A DNA stretch of 45,448 bases from an uncultured Gammaproteobacteria bacterium (GTDB taxonomy: Bacteria > Patescibacteriota > Patescibacteriia > Magasanikbacterales > GCA-002688135), in contig CAZUUO010000003.1 in the NCBI GenBank assembly GCA_964622665.1, positions 1 through 45,448 on the forward strand, in the 5' to 3' direction. Below, in pieces: positions 17,355-25,058 of this stretch. Numbering within the stretch: position 1 is the first letter of the stretch; the number at the start of each line of letters is the position of its first letter. The notes beneath the pieces are model-generated. The model was not told where the DNA came from, did no database searches, and saw only the letters and a program-made list of their open reading frames with translations. Position numbers and translations under genes: made by a program.

Positions 17355-19289
17355 CTACGTTCCGCAGCCACCACCGAGGCAGCAATGCAAGTTCGCCTTG
17401 GGGAAGGGTGCCGTCGGCACTCCCACTCCCTCGCGCACCATCGTGCAGAAGATCTGATTCCCGCCGTAGTAGAGCGAATACGAGAGACACTGCGTCTCAT
17501 CGATACTCATACCGTCGGGGTTGGGCGCGATCCAGGTGGTATCGTTTCCTTGCTTTTCGTCGGTGTCAAACTCGACGTTCAGCCAGTAGTTTCCATCGGA
17601 AACTCCACTGACTTCGTAGCTCCACGACCAACCGGTCGCGTCACCCTGCACAGAATTGACTGGCTTGACTGCCGGCCAACCCTTCAAGTTTTCCATGATG
17701 AAGAGATCGGAGGACGGACACAGGCCATTCTCCTCGATCAACAACACAACTTCTCCGGCCGCTGGACTGAAGCTACCTGCTTCATCAGTCAAACCGTCGC
17801 AGTCGTTGTCGACAAGATCTCCCGACCATTCCGGCTGATCCGGGTTGGCCTTGGGGTTCGTGTCGTCGCAGTCGTCGCCCTTGCTACAGAGCTTCCCGAA
17901 GCCGTCCATGTCAGCGTCCTCACAGAGGCCACTGTAGTCACAGTCGGTGTCGACGACGTTGTTGCAATCGTTGTCGACGTTGTCGCCACAGACCTCAGTC
18001 ATCGGCAACTCATCCTCGTAACACGGCCCTTGGTAGGTGCCATCCCAGCAGAACTGGAGTCCTGCGGTACAAGCTCCCACACCAAGCGTCATTGGATCCC
18101 CGCCGTAACACGAAGTGGCGAGCAAGAACTCGTCATTGAGATCTTCGTCCACCAGTGCATCGCAGTCATTGTTGAGACCGTCGCACAGTTCAGGCACTGG
18201 AAGCACCTGACCAACGCATACGTCCCAAATTCCACCAGTGCAGGTCTCGAGACCTGCGTGGCAAGTGCCGACACCTTCAGTGCCGGGAGTACCACTGTAG
18301 CATGACTGGGTCAGCGGATTGCCGTCGAGGCCTTCATCCGTCGTTCCATCACAGTCGTTGTCCTTGGTGTCGCACGTCTCAGGAACCGGAGTTCCCTCCG
18401 TTGCGCCACACTCAGTCGCCGTCGTATCGGCCGTACAGACCATGACACCCGACGACATACACTCGCCAACACCAACTGAGCAGGAGGTTCCCAAGTCGGG
18501 GTATCCCTCGTCGGTCGTTCCATCACAGTCGTTGTCCTTGGTATCGCAGACATCGGTTGATGGCATCACGCTACCCGTGCAGGTCCCGAAGGTTCCTTCG
18601 AAACACGCTTGAGAACCGAGGTGACACTCGCCAACCCCCGCGTTACCAGGCAAACCGCTGTAGCATGACTGGGTCAATGCTCCATTGTTTGTCTGGTTTT
18701 CGTCGGTCGAGCCGTCGCAATCGTTGTCTTTCAAGTCGCAAGACTCGGGAGCAGGAAGGACAGAGCCATTACAGCTCCCCCACACGCCCGCACCACAAAC
18801 CGAAGTACCCACAACACAAGCACCAACACCCTTGGTGACAGCCGGGCCGTCGTAGCACTCTTTCATGAGGCTTTCGTCGGTCGTTCCGTCACAGTTGTTG
18901 TCTTTGTTGTCACAAGACTCGGGTGCTGGGATCACTTCATTGTCGCACCCAGTGTACAAACCACCGATGCAATACTGCTTGCCCTGCACACACATACCAA
19001 CGCCCGATGTTCCCACCGGACCGTTATAACAAAGCGTAAACGCTCCGTCTTCTCCACAGGGTGTTCCCGGAGGACCAGACGTGAGAGAAGCAGAGAACGT
19101 CGCGTTTTGCTTCGCCTCGTCCATGGAGGCATAACTGTTATTCTTTTTTTCTTCAGGTGTTTCGTTCGCACAAGCAACAAACAAAGAAATGAAAACGCTA
19201 AACAAAGCAATATTTTTCATCATCAGCTTGTCGCCGTGCAACGGCGACTTGTTTCCGGGCACCGCCCGGAAACGGGATTGGGTGATCAT
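17355..19289 (-). CDS. Cysteine-rich repeat lipoprotein with MopE-like C-D-x-x-D-N-D-C-D-G-x-x-D-E motifs; GC-rich foreign-looking gene
   Basis: ATG 19289 has GGAGGAG 6 nt upstream. Lipobox LFVAC has its Cys at aa 40. I hand-counted about 49 Cys. Motifs such as CDNKDNNCDGTTDE, CDLKDNDCDGSTDE and CDTKDNDCDGTTDE (twice) alternate with EGF-like G-V-G-x-C segments. Alternative starts are at 19223 and 19220. Confidence 0.8.
   Translation of the reverse strand: MITQSRFRAVPGNKSPLHGDKLMMKNIALFSVFISLFVACANETPEEKKNNSYASMDEAKQNATFSASLTSGPPGTPCGEDGAFTLCYNGPVGTSGVGMCVQGKQYCIGGLYTGCDNEVIPAPESCDNKDNNCDGTTDESLMKECYDGPAVTKGVGACVVGTSVCGAGVWGSCNGSVLPAPESCDLKDNDCDGSTDENQTNNGALTQSCYSGLPGNAGVGECHLGSQACFEGTFGTCTGSVMPSTDVCDTKDNDCDGTTDEGYPDLGTSCSVGVGECMSSGVMVCTADTTATECGATEGTPVPETCDTKDNDCDGTTDEGLDGNPLTQSCYSGTPGTEGVGTCHAGLETCTGGIWDVCVGQVLPVPELCDGLNNDCDALVDEDLNDEFLLATSCYGGDPMTLGVGACTAGLQFCWDGTYQGPCYEDELPMTEVCGDNVDNDCNNVVDTDCDYSGLCEDADMDGFGKLCSKGDDCDDTNPKANPDQPEWSGDLVDNDCDGLTDEAGSFSPAAGEVVLLIEENGLCPSSDLFIMENLKGWPAVKPVNSVQGDATGWSWSYEVSGVSDGNYWLNVEFDTDEKQGNDTTWIAPNPDGMSIDETQCLSYSLYYGGNQIFCTMVREGVGVPTAPFPKANLHCCLGGGCGT
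17781..19058 (-). repeat. Six to seven tandem Cys-rich modules (57-63 aa, about 170-175 nt period)
   Basis: Near-identical DNA segments recur, for example cgttccatcacagtcgttgtccttggt at about 18340 and about 18510. A related pair, ttcgtcggtcg...gtcgcaagactcggg, lies at about 18700 and about 18875. Confidence 0.7.
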
Positions 19290-19366
19290 GGATCACTCCT
19301 CCTCTGTCAAAGAACCCATATCCTGCATGCGTAGGACCATCCCACACCGCACAGACACGTGTGCTG

Positions 19367-19395
19367 AGCCTAGCAGATGACCCCTATTCTGTCAA
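19367..19395 (-). promoter_or_regulatory. Putative promoter of the Cys-rich lipoprotein gene at the AT/GC compositional boundary
   Basis: The minus strand reads TTGACA-17 nt-TAGGCT. The -35 is consensus and the -10 is weak. Confidence 0.35.
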
Positions 19396-19513
19396 CTTTT
19401 TTCATGTTTTTTATAGTTTTTGTTTGATTTTTATAGGTTTTTTTCAAAAAACCCGCTTTTTTACGTTTTATACTACTATAGGAATCTTAATTCTCGCACA
19501 GGCTGAAATCCCG

Positions 19514-20794
19514 TTACTTTACTGAGGAAAATAAGAGATTAGTTGGGCGAATATGCTTTTCATAACTCTCTTGTAACCGTATTTTTTTGTCTTCCTTTGT
19601 TTCTTCTTTGCTTGGTTGAGAAAGGGCAGCCAGAGATCTCACCATCCCCCTTCCCCATGTTTTAATGATGGTGTCTACCGCCATAAAGGCATTTTTTCTT
19701 TTTTCTACTTGTTTTTGATCAACTGAAAATGAGAGTTGGGTATTTTTTATATTTTGCATTTCAGACAATGTTACCCCTGTTGTGCGGTACTCTCTTCCCT
19801 TTTTATACATTTTCGCAAACATTTTTTGTAAGGCAGGAATGAAATCAAGAGGAATATTACTTGCTTGTTCAATATGGATATTTTCAGTGGTGATAATAAA
19901 ATTTTGTGTTTTAAGAAAAATAGCGATAGCGGTTGCTTTCGTGTTATGTAATCGTAACTTGTAGCAAGCGCGTTCTAAATTTACGATACACTGTCGATAC
20001 ACTTCTTGTTCTTGTGTTGTTTTTTCGAAGGTGTGAGATTTTGTAATAGTAAGATAGGAAGTTTTTTTAGTTGTCATCACTTCAAATACTGCAATCCCTT
20101 TTAACTCTTTGTAGGTTGTTAATAGGGGTGCGTCAGCGTGGCGCATAACAAACAACTCTCCACGAGCAATAAAGTCACTCACGGTTTTGATACCAAAACG
20201 TTGTAATAATTTTCTTTGCGCAACGCCGATACCCCACACATTTTCAATGGAAGTCTTTTGGGTCACCACTGCAACATCCTCTGATGAAATCATAACCTTT
20301 CGATTATGTGGTTTGTTATATGAACTTGCAATTTTTGCAAGAGTCTTACTCTTAGCACAACCAACAGACACCGAAATACCTAATGACAATTCGACATCTT
20401 CTTGAATGCACTGTAATAATTTTTCATAACTCATTTCTAGTGTTTGTGGAAGGTCTGTAATATCAGCAAATACTTCATCGATTGAATATTCTTCGACGTC
20501 ACCACAATAACTTTTAACAATATCAAACATTCTTCGTGAAAAAAGATTGTATACTTCAAAATCTGAATTAGTAATAATCGCGTGTGGGCACAATTGTTTC
20601 ACTTCTGCCATTCTCATTCCTCTTTTTACCCCGAATTTTTTTGCCTCATAACTAAATGCTGTTGCAATTCCTTTTTCTCCCCCGCATACAACTGGTTTCC
20701 CTTTCCATTGTGGATGCATTGCTTGTTCACACGATGCAAAGAATGCATCTGCATCAATATGAAGAATAACCCGTGATGAATTTCGAGTGCTCAT
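19514..20794 (-). CDS. dinB: Y-family DNA polymerase (Pol IV/DinB-like)
   Basis: ILHIDADAFFASCEQ, SIDEVFADITD and the little-finger region fit the family. It sits downstream of lexA on the same strand. Confidence 0.85.
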   Translation of the reverse strand: MSTRNSSRVILHIDADAFFASCEQAMHPQWKGKPVVCGGEKGIATAFSYEAKKFGVKRGMRMAEVKQLCPHAIITNSDFEVYNLFSRRMFDIVKSYCGDVEEYSIDEVFADITDLPQTLEMSYEKLLQCIQEDVELSLGISVSVGCAKSKTLAKIASSYNKPHNRKVMISSEDVAVVTQKTSIENVWGIGVAQRKLLQRFGIKTVSDFIARGELFVMRHADAPLLTTYKELKGIAVFEVMTTKKTSYLTITKSHTFEKTTQEQEVYRQCIVNLERACYKLRLHNTKATAIAIFLKTQNFIITTENIHIEQASNIPLDFIPALQKMFAKMYKKGREYRTTGVTLSEMQNIKNTQLSFSVDQKQVEKRKNAFMAVDTIIKTWGRGMVRSLAALSQPSKEETKEDKKIRLQESYEKHIRPTNLLFSSVK

Positions 20795-20826
20795 ATGACA
20801 ATGGTTAGATATATATCCCTATTCTT

Positions 20827-21183
20827 TTATACGGGAACTCCTACTGATTCCATTTCTGCACACAATAATTTGCCAATTTCTTCAGATAATCTTTGCAAGG
20901 TGGCGTATTCGTGTTGTGGAATTTCTTGTTGGGTAAAGAGGAGATACAATAAATACTTTGCTTCTTTCAGTAACCCAAATGATTTTTCAAGATTTTCTTT
21001 TTTAATTGATTCCCTCTGTAATGATACCGCATCGATATACTGTAATATCATGTTGAGTGAACTGGTGCGTAATGTTGATTTTAATTCTGGAATTTCTACA
21101 TTACTTGGTGTTGTGCTCAAGCGAAATATTTGAGCAACGAACTGATGCATACGCGTGCGTAATACGTCTTGAAATTCTGTCAT
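20827..21183 (-). CDS. Small helical protein, possibly four-helix-bundle (Avd / 23S rRNA IVS-protein-like)
   Basis: 118 aa. The helix layout and spacing resemble the S23-IVS/Avd family (LKSTLRTSSLNMILQYIDA...FGLLKEAKYLLYLL...EEIGKLL). This is only a pattern-level impression. Confidence 0.35.
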   Translation of the reverse strand: MTEFQDVLRTRMHQFVAQIFRLSTTPSNVEIPELKSTLRTSSLNMILQYIDAVSLQRESIKKENLEKSFGLLKEAKYLLYLLFTQQEIPQHEYATLQRLSEEIGKLLCAEMESVGVPV

Positions 21184-21191
21184 AAAAAATA

Positions 21192-21773
21192 TTATCGATA
21201 TTTACGAATAACTGCAGTAACTACACCAGCCACTGATAGCGCATTATTAGGAACTATTGGTCGATATTTTCTATTCGCTGGTCGCAACACGACATCTCTT
21301 CCTTTTTTCTCAAAAAACTTCATTGTCCATTCATGATCAACCTCTGCTACGACGATGTCACCATTTCTTGGATTTTTTCCACGTTCGAGAACCACGAAGT
21401 CTCCTGGTTGAATTCCGGCATCTATCATAGAGTCGCCTGAAACTTTCAATAAAAAACTTGCTTGGTGATTGGTAATCAAGAAATCATCGAGACTCACAAT
21501 GTCTGAAATTTCTTCTTCCGCATGTGTTGGGAACCCTGCTTGTACAGTTCCCAAAATTCGCAATCCTTTTTTTAAACCAAGTGGTACTAATTTTCCTTCA
21601 CTATCTTTTTCAATGAGCCGTGCATCAATCATTTTCTGTACTATTTGGAATACTGCATTTTTAGACTTAACTTCAAACAGTTCTAGCATCTCACGATAAC
21701 TCGGTAATCGCTTGTTTGCATCAAGAAACTTTCGAATTACGTTGACGCGTGTATCAAATTGATCGACTGACAT
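21192..21773 (-). CDS. lexA: LexA repressor (winged HTH plus S24 peptidase)
   Basis: Cleavage-site VQAG, catalytic Ser in SGDSM, Lys in TMKFF, and an N-terminal HTH. Confidence 0.9.
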   Translation of the reverse strand: MSVDQFDTRVNVIRKFLDANKRLPSYREMLELFEVKSKNAVFQIVQKMIDARLIEKDSEGKLVPLGLKKGLRILGTVQAGFPTHAEEEISDIVSLDDFLITNHQASFLLKVSGDSMIDAGIQPGDFVVLERGKNPRNGDIVVAEVDHEWTMKFFEKKGRDVVLRPANRKYRPIVPNNALSVAGVVTAVIRKYR

Positions 21774-21805
21774 AATGATTGGCGTTACATGACTCTTACT
21801 CTTTT

Positions 21806-21834
21806 AGTATAGTGAACGAACGTTCATGTGACAA
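21806..21834 (-). promoter_or_regulatory. lexA promoter with an SOS box in the spacer
   Basis: The minus strand reads TTGTCA-17 nt-TATACT. The 17-nt spacer catGAACgttcGTTCac contains a Cheo-type GAAC-N4-GTTC box. Confidence 0.7.
21811..21827. promoter_or_regulatory. SOS (LexA) box copy 1, within the 17-nt direct repeat agtgaacgaacgttcat
   Basis: GAAC at 21814..21817 and GTTC at 21822..21825. This is the palindromic GAAC-N4-GTTC box of the Gram-positive type. Confidence 0.75.
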
Positions 21835-21851
21835 GCGAAGTTGTGTGGATA

Positions 21852-21868
21852 AGTGAACGAACGTTCAT
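21852..21868. promoter_or_regulatory. SOS (LexA) box copy 2, an exact 17-nt repeat of copy 1
   Basis: The identical string agtgaacgaacgttcat lies 41 nt from copy 1. GAAC at 21855..21858 and GTTC at 21863..21866. Confidence 0.7.
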
Positions 21869-21945
21869 AACATTACCGAATATGTATTTTTATTTTTGTT
21901 TTACTGTAACTCGCATACAAAGAGTACTGGGAAAGGCGCCTATGC

Positions 21946-21976
21946 ATAAAAAAATCCCGACTCGAAAGCCGGGATT
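21946..21976 (-). terminator. Rho-independent terminator after ctp
   Basis: The minus strand reads ATCCCGGCT-ttcg-AGTCGGGAT followed by TTTTTTT. Confidence 0.65.
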
Positions 21977-21991
21977 TTACATGGTTTACTA

Positions 21992-23194
21992 CTACTTCAT
22001 TTTTTCTTTAAGCAATTCTATTGCCTTTTCCATTTGCACATCTTTCTTTGGATCATCACCACGTTTTATTTCAACGTCAGGCATCACTCCTTGTTTGTCG
22101 ATTGAACGACCTTTGGGGGTGTACCATTTTGCAATAGTAATCTTGATAGCTGAACCATCTGGAAGTTCTTGCATGGTTTGTACTGAACCTTTGCCAAATG
22201 TTTTATTACCAACAATGGTTGCAACTCCGAAATCTTGTAACGCACCCGCTAAAATTTCACTTGCCGAGGCAGAATACTCATTAACCAATACTACCGTTGG
22301 GACTCCTACCAATCGGGTATCTCCTACTCGATTGTAACTTTCTTCTGTTCCATCACTAAATTTCTCTCGTACAATCACTCCTTCTTTTACCCATTGTGAG
22401 GCTAAGGTGACTGCAGTATCTAAAAATCCACCAGGATTTGAACGTAAATCAATAATATATCCTTTTACTCCTGCTTTTTTTCCTTCATCAAGACTTTCAA
22501 AGAAAAGACGCGCCGTATCACCGCCAAATTGCGCAACCGATAGGGTTTGAATGTTGTTCTCAATTTTTGAGGTTACACTCTTGATATTAATCTCATCTCG
22601 CGTAATTTTATATTCCTTTGGTTCACGTTCTCCTTCTCGAAAAATCGTTAATGAGACTTTGGTTCCTTTTTGACCACGAATTTTATCAACCGCTTCATCA
22701 ACTTTCATTCCTGAGGTATCTACTCCATCAATTTTAATAATATAATCACCAGATTTTAAACCCGCTCGTGCGGCTGGTGTTTCAGGAAGGGTTGCTAAAA
22801 TCATGAGCGCGTCATCCTTCATTTCCAGTTGCGCACCGATACCATAAAATTTTCCCTCCAAACTTGACGCAAACTTTTCTGCTTCTTTTGGTTTAAAAAA
22901 TACTGTGTAGGGATCTCCAATACCTGATACCAATCCTTCTAATGATCCATAAAATAAATCTTTATCAGACAATGGTTTGTCGACGTGGGTATTTTTTAAA
23001 ATGTTCCACACGCGACCATACAAGGTAGTATCAATACTGGGATCAATAACACTTTGCGCAAAAATCTTTTGTAAATTTTCCGGCGTGGTTGCAAAGGCAG
23101 CGTCTACTTTTGCTCGTTCAACATATGAACCCGCAAAAAAACTTGCACCCAACATCAGCATCATCACGACACTATATATTATTTTTTTCTTCAT
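21992..23194 (-). CDS. ctpA: Carboxy-terminal processing peptidase (S41 family) with PDZ domain
   Basis: PDZ segment PAARAGLKSGDYIIKIDG. Catalytic region VLVNEYSASASEILAGALQD...TFGKGSVQ. Confidence 0.9.
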   Translation of the reverse strand: MKKKIIYSVVMMLMLGASFFAGSYVERAKVDAAFATTPENLQKIFAQSVIDPSIDTTLYGRVWNILKNTHVDKPLSDKDLFYGSLEGLVSGIGDPYTVFFKPKEAEKFASSLEGKFYGIGAQLEMKDDALMILATLPETPAARAGLKSGDYIIKIDGVDTSGMKVDEAVDKIRGQKGTKVSLTIFREGEREPKEYKITRDEINIKSVTSKIENNIQTLSVAQFGGDTARLFFESLDEGKKAGVKGYIIDLRSNPGGFLDTAVTLASQWVKEGVIVREKFSDGTEESYNRVGDTRLVGVPTVVLVNEYSASASEILAGALQDFGVATIVGNKTFGKGSVQTMQELPDGSAIKITIAKWYTPKGRSIDKQGVMPDVEIKRGDDPKKDVQMEKAIELLKEKMK

Positions 23195-23733
23195 ACCACA
23201 TCATCGTAGCGTGCATACCATAACTGCAACGCTTTTAACGCTCTATCCAAAATGGTGCGCGTATTTTTATATCCCAAGACTTGACCTGCTTCACTTGCTT
23301 TTACCCATCGAATCGCCGTAATGTACTCTTCTTTTTGTGGTGTTCCTACTTCGTGTGGTTCTGTTTCCATGAGAAAGTAGTGCACCGTTTTTCTAATGCG
23401 TGTTTTGTTTCGTTGAAACCAAAAGACAATGCTTCCCAGTGGTTGTTTCACTTTGATCGCCTGAATTCCCATTTCTTCCCGTGTTTCCCGAATTGCGGCA
23501 TCTACAATTGCCTCGCCTTTTTCTACATGTCCTTTTGCAAAAATCCATTTTTTGTAAGGATCTAAAATAAAACCAATCAATAACTCACCATTCACCACTT
23601 TATATACTACACCGCCTGCCGAAATTTCTCGGCGCAGTGGCATATTGTGATGTTGTTGATTTTGATTGGGATGATTCCCCCCCTTTACGATGTGTTCAAT
23701 TTTTGCGCGTCGTTTCCATTCATTATGATACAT
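23191..23733 (-). CDS. NUDIX hydrolase
   Basis: Nudix box GHVEKGEAIVDAAIRETREEMGI. A shorter start at 23643 (MPLRREISAGGVV) would remove the overlap with murA. Confidence 0.8.
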   Translation of the reverse strand: MYHNEWKRRAKIEHIVKGGNHPNQNQQHHNMPLRREISAGGVVYKVVNGELLIGFILDPYKKWIFAKGHVEKGEAIVDAAIRETREEMGIQAIKVKQPLGSIVFWFQRNKTRIRKTVHYFLMETEPHEVGTPQKEEYITAIRWVKASEAGQVLGYKNTRTILDRALKALQLWYARYDDVV

Positions 23734-24976
23734 ATTCCATGACAGCGCCGAGTTTCGACAACCGTTCCTTAAGTTTGTAATACCCGCGTTCTAAAATTTG
23801 TGCATCAAAAATAGTTGTGGTTCCGTCAGCTAATAAACCCGCAATTACCATTGTTGCACCTGCACGTAAATCAAGAGAACGTACTTCAGTGCCATATAGT
23901 GGCGTTGGGCCACTGATGAGCACACGATGTGGATCACAGACAACCGCATTTGCTCCCATTTTTACCAGTTCATTAATGTAGCCCATGCGTCCTTCAAACA
24001 TCGTATCATGAATAAGTGATGTTCCGGCGCATTGGGTAGCGAGTACCCCAAAAGGAGATTGTAAATCAGTTGGAAATCCTGGGTATGGTTGCGTTTGTAA
24101 TTTAAATGCTTGCAAGGTTCCTGATGGTACGATGGACAAGACATCGCCGCGATATTTGTATGATAATTTCATATCATCCAATATCATATTCATAGCATCA
24201 AAATGTTCTGGCACGACATTATGAATATCAACCGTTCCGCGTGTTGCCGCCACTGCCGCCACAAATGTACCCGTTTCAATTTGATCAGGAATAATAGTGT
24301 GTTCAACACCATGTAATTTGCTGGTGCCTTTGACGTGCATGGTTTCTAAACCAAGTCCTCCAATTTCTACTCCCATTTTTTCAAGCATCTGCGCAACATT
24401 GACCACATGTGGTTCTCGTGCTGACAAATGAATTGTGCTGACTCCTTGTGCACCACTTGCTGCCATCAATGCATTTTCTGTACCCGTCACTGAGAATCGC
24501 GCACTGACTTCATTACCAATTAACTGTTTTGTTTGCACATGAATGCCATCTTGTGTGCGGTTTATTTCACATCCCAATCCTTTAAATACTGCGATGTGCG
24601 CATCGAGAGGACGATTACCAATAATACAACCGCCCGGTTCTGGTAATATCATCTCCTTAAAACGCACCAGCATGGGACCCAACAACAATACTGACGAGCG
24701 AATAGCTTTAACTAATTTCGCGTCGAGTTTTTGTGGATCAATTTTTTTACACGTAATTGCTAGTGTGTTTTCAGTTTGCCATTCTATATGCGCACCCATG
24801 CCTTCCATGATCGATAATAAATTTTTTACATCACCGATTTGTGGCACATTATGGAGTACACAGGTGTCTGTTGTGAGTAACGTTGCTGCAATACAAGGCA
24901 ATGCTGCATTTTTTGCACCATAGACTTCTATTTCACCTTTTAATTTCACCGAACCATTGATTTGTAACGTAGCCAT
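23723..24976 (-). CDS. murA: UDP-N-acetylglucosamine 1-carboxyvinyltransferase
   Basis: Full-length MurA pattern including the active-site loop PGGCIIGNRPLDAHI. Confidence 0.95.
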   Translation of the reverse strand: MATLQINGSVKLKGEIEVYGAKNAALPCIAATLLTTDTCVLHNVPQIGDVKNLLSIMEGMGAHIEWQTENTLAITCKKIDPQKLDAKLVKAIRSSVLLLGPMLVRFKEMILPEPGGCIIGNRPLDAHIAVFKGLGCEINRTQDGIHVQTKQLIGNEVSARFSVTGTENALMAASGAQGVSTIHLSAREPHVVNVAQMLEKMGVEIGGLGLETMHVKGTSKLHGVEHTIIPDQIETGTFVAAVAATRGTVDIHNVVPEHFDAMNMILDDMKLSYKYRGDVLSIVPSGTLQAFKLQTQPYPGFPTDLQSPFGVLATQCAGTSLIHDTMFEGRMGYINELVKMGANAVVCDPHRVLISGPTPLYGTEVRSLDLRAGATMVIAGLLADGTTTIFDAQILERGYYKLKERLSKLGAVMEYVS

Positions 24977-25058
24977 ACAATTGGAAAATACTTATCTAAT
25001 ATGGTATCGTTAATATATATTGCTGTCAAAGTAAAAAATGTTGTAATTATAATCTGAT

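Noticed and set aside
17385-18305. A 306-aa plus-strand ORF, and several 60-100-aa ORFs on both strands, inside the first GC-rich island.
   Set aside because: Long antisense and off-frame ORFs are expected in GC-rich DNA because stop codons are rare. Their products are Arg/Val/Ser-rich low-complexity strings. The minus-frame 644-aa product has an SD, a lipobox and coherent repeat motifs.
19440-19470. An A/T-only palindrome, GGTTTTTT-tc-AAAAAACC, downstream of dinB, considered as a terminator.
   Set aside because: The stem is almost pure A-T with only two G-C pairs at the base. It is too weak to call with confidence, although it may still help terminate the SOS operon.
20827-21183. A diversity-generating retroelement, suggested by the Avd-like four-helix protein.
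   Set aside because: There is no reverse transcriptase ORF anywhere in the window, and I found no template/variable repeat pair with adenine-specific differences. The gene sits inside an SOS operon instead.
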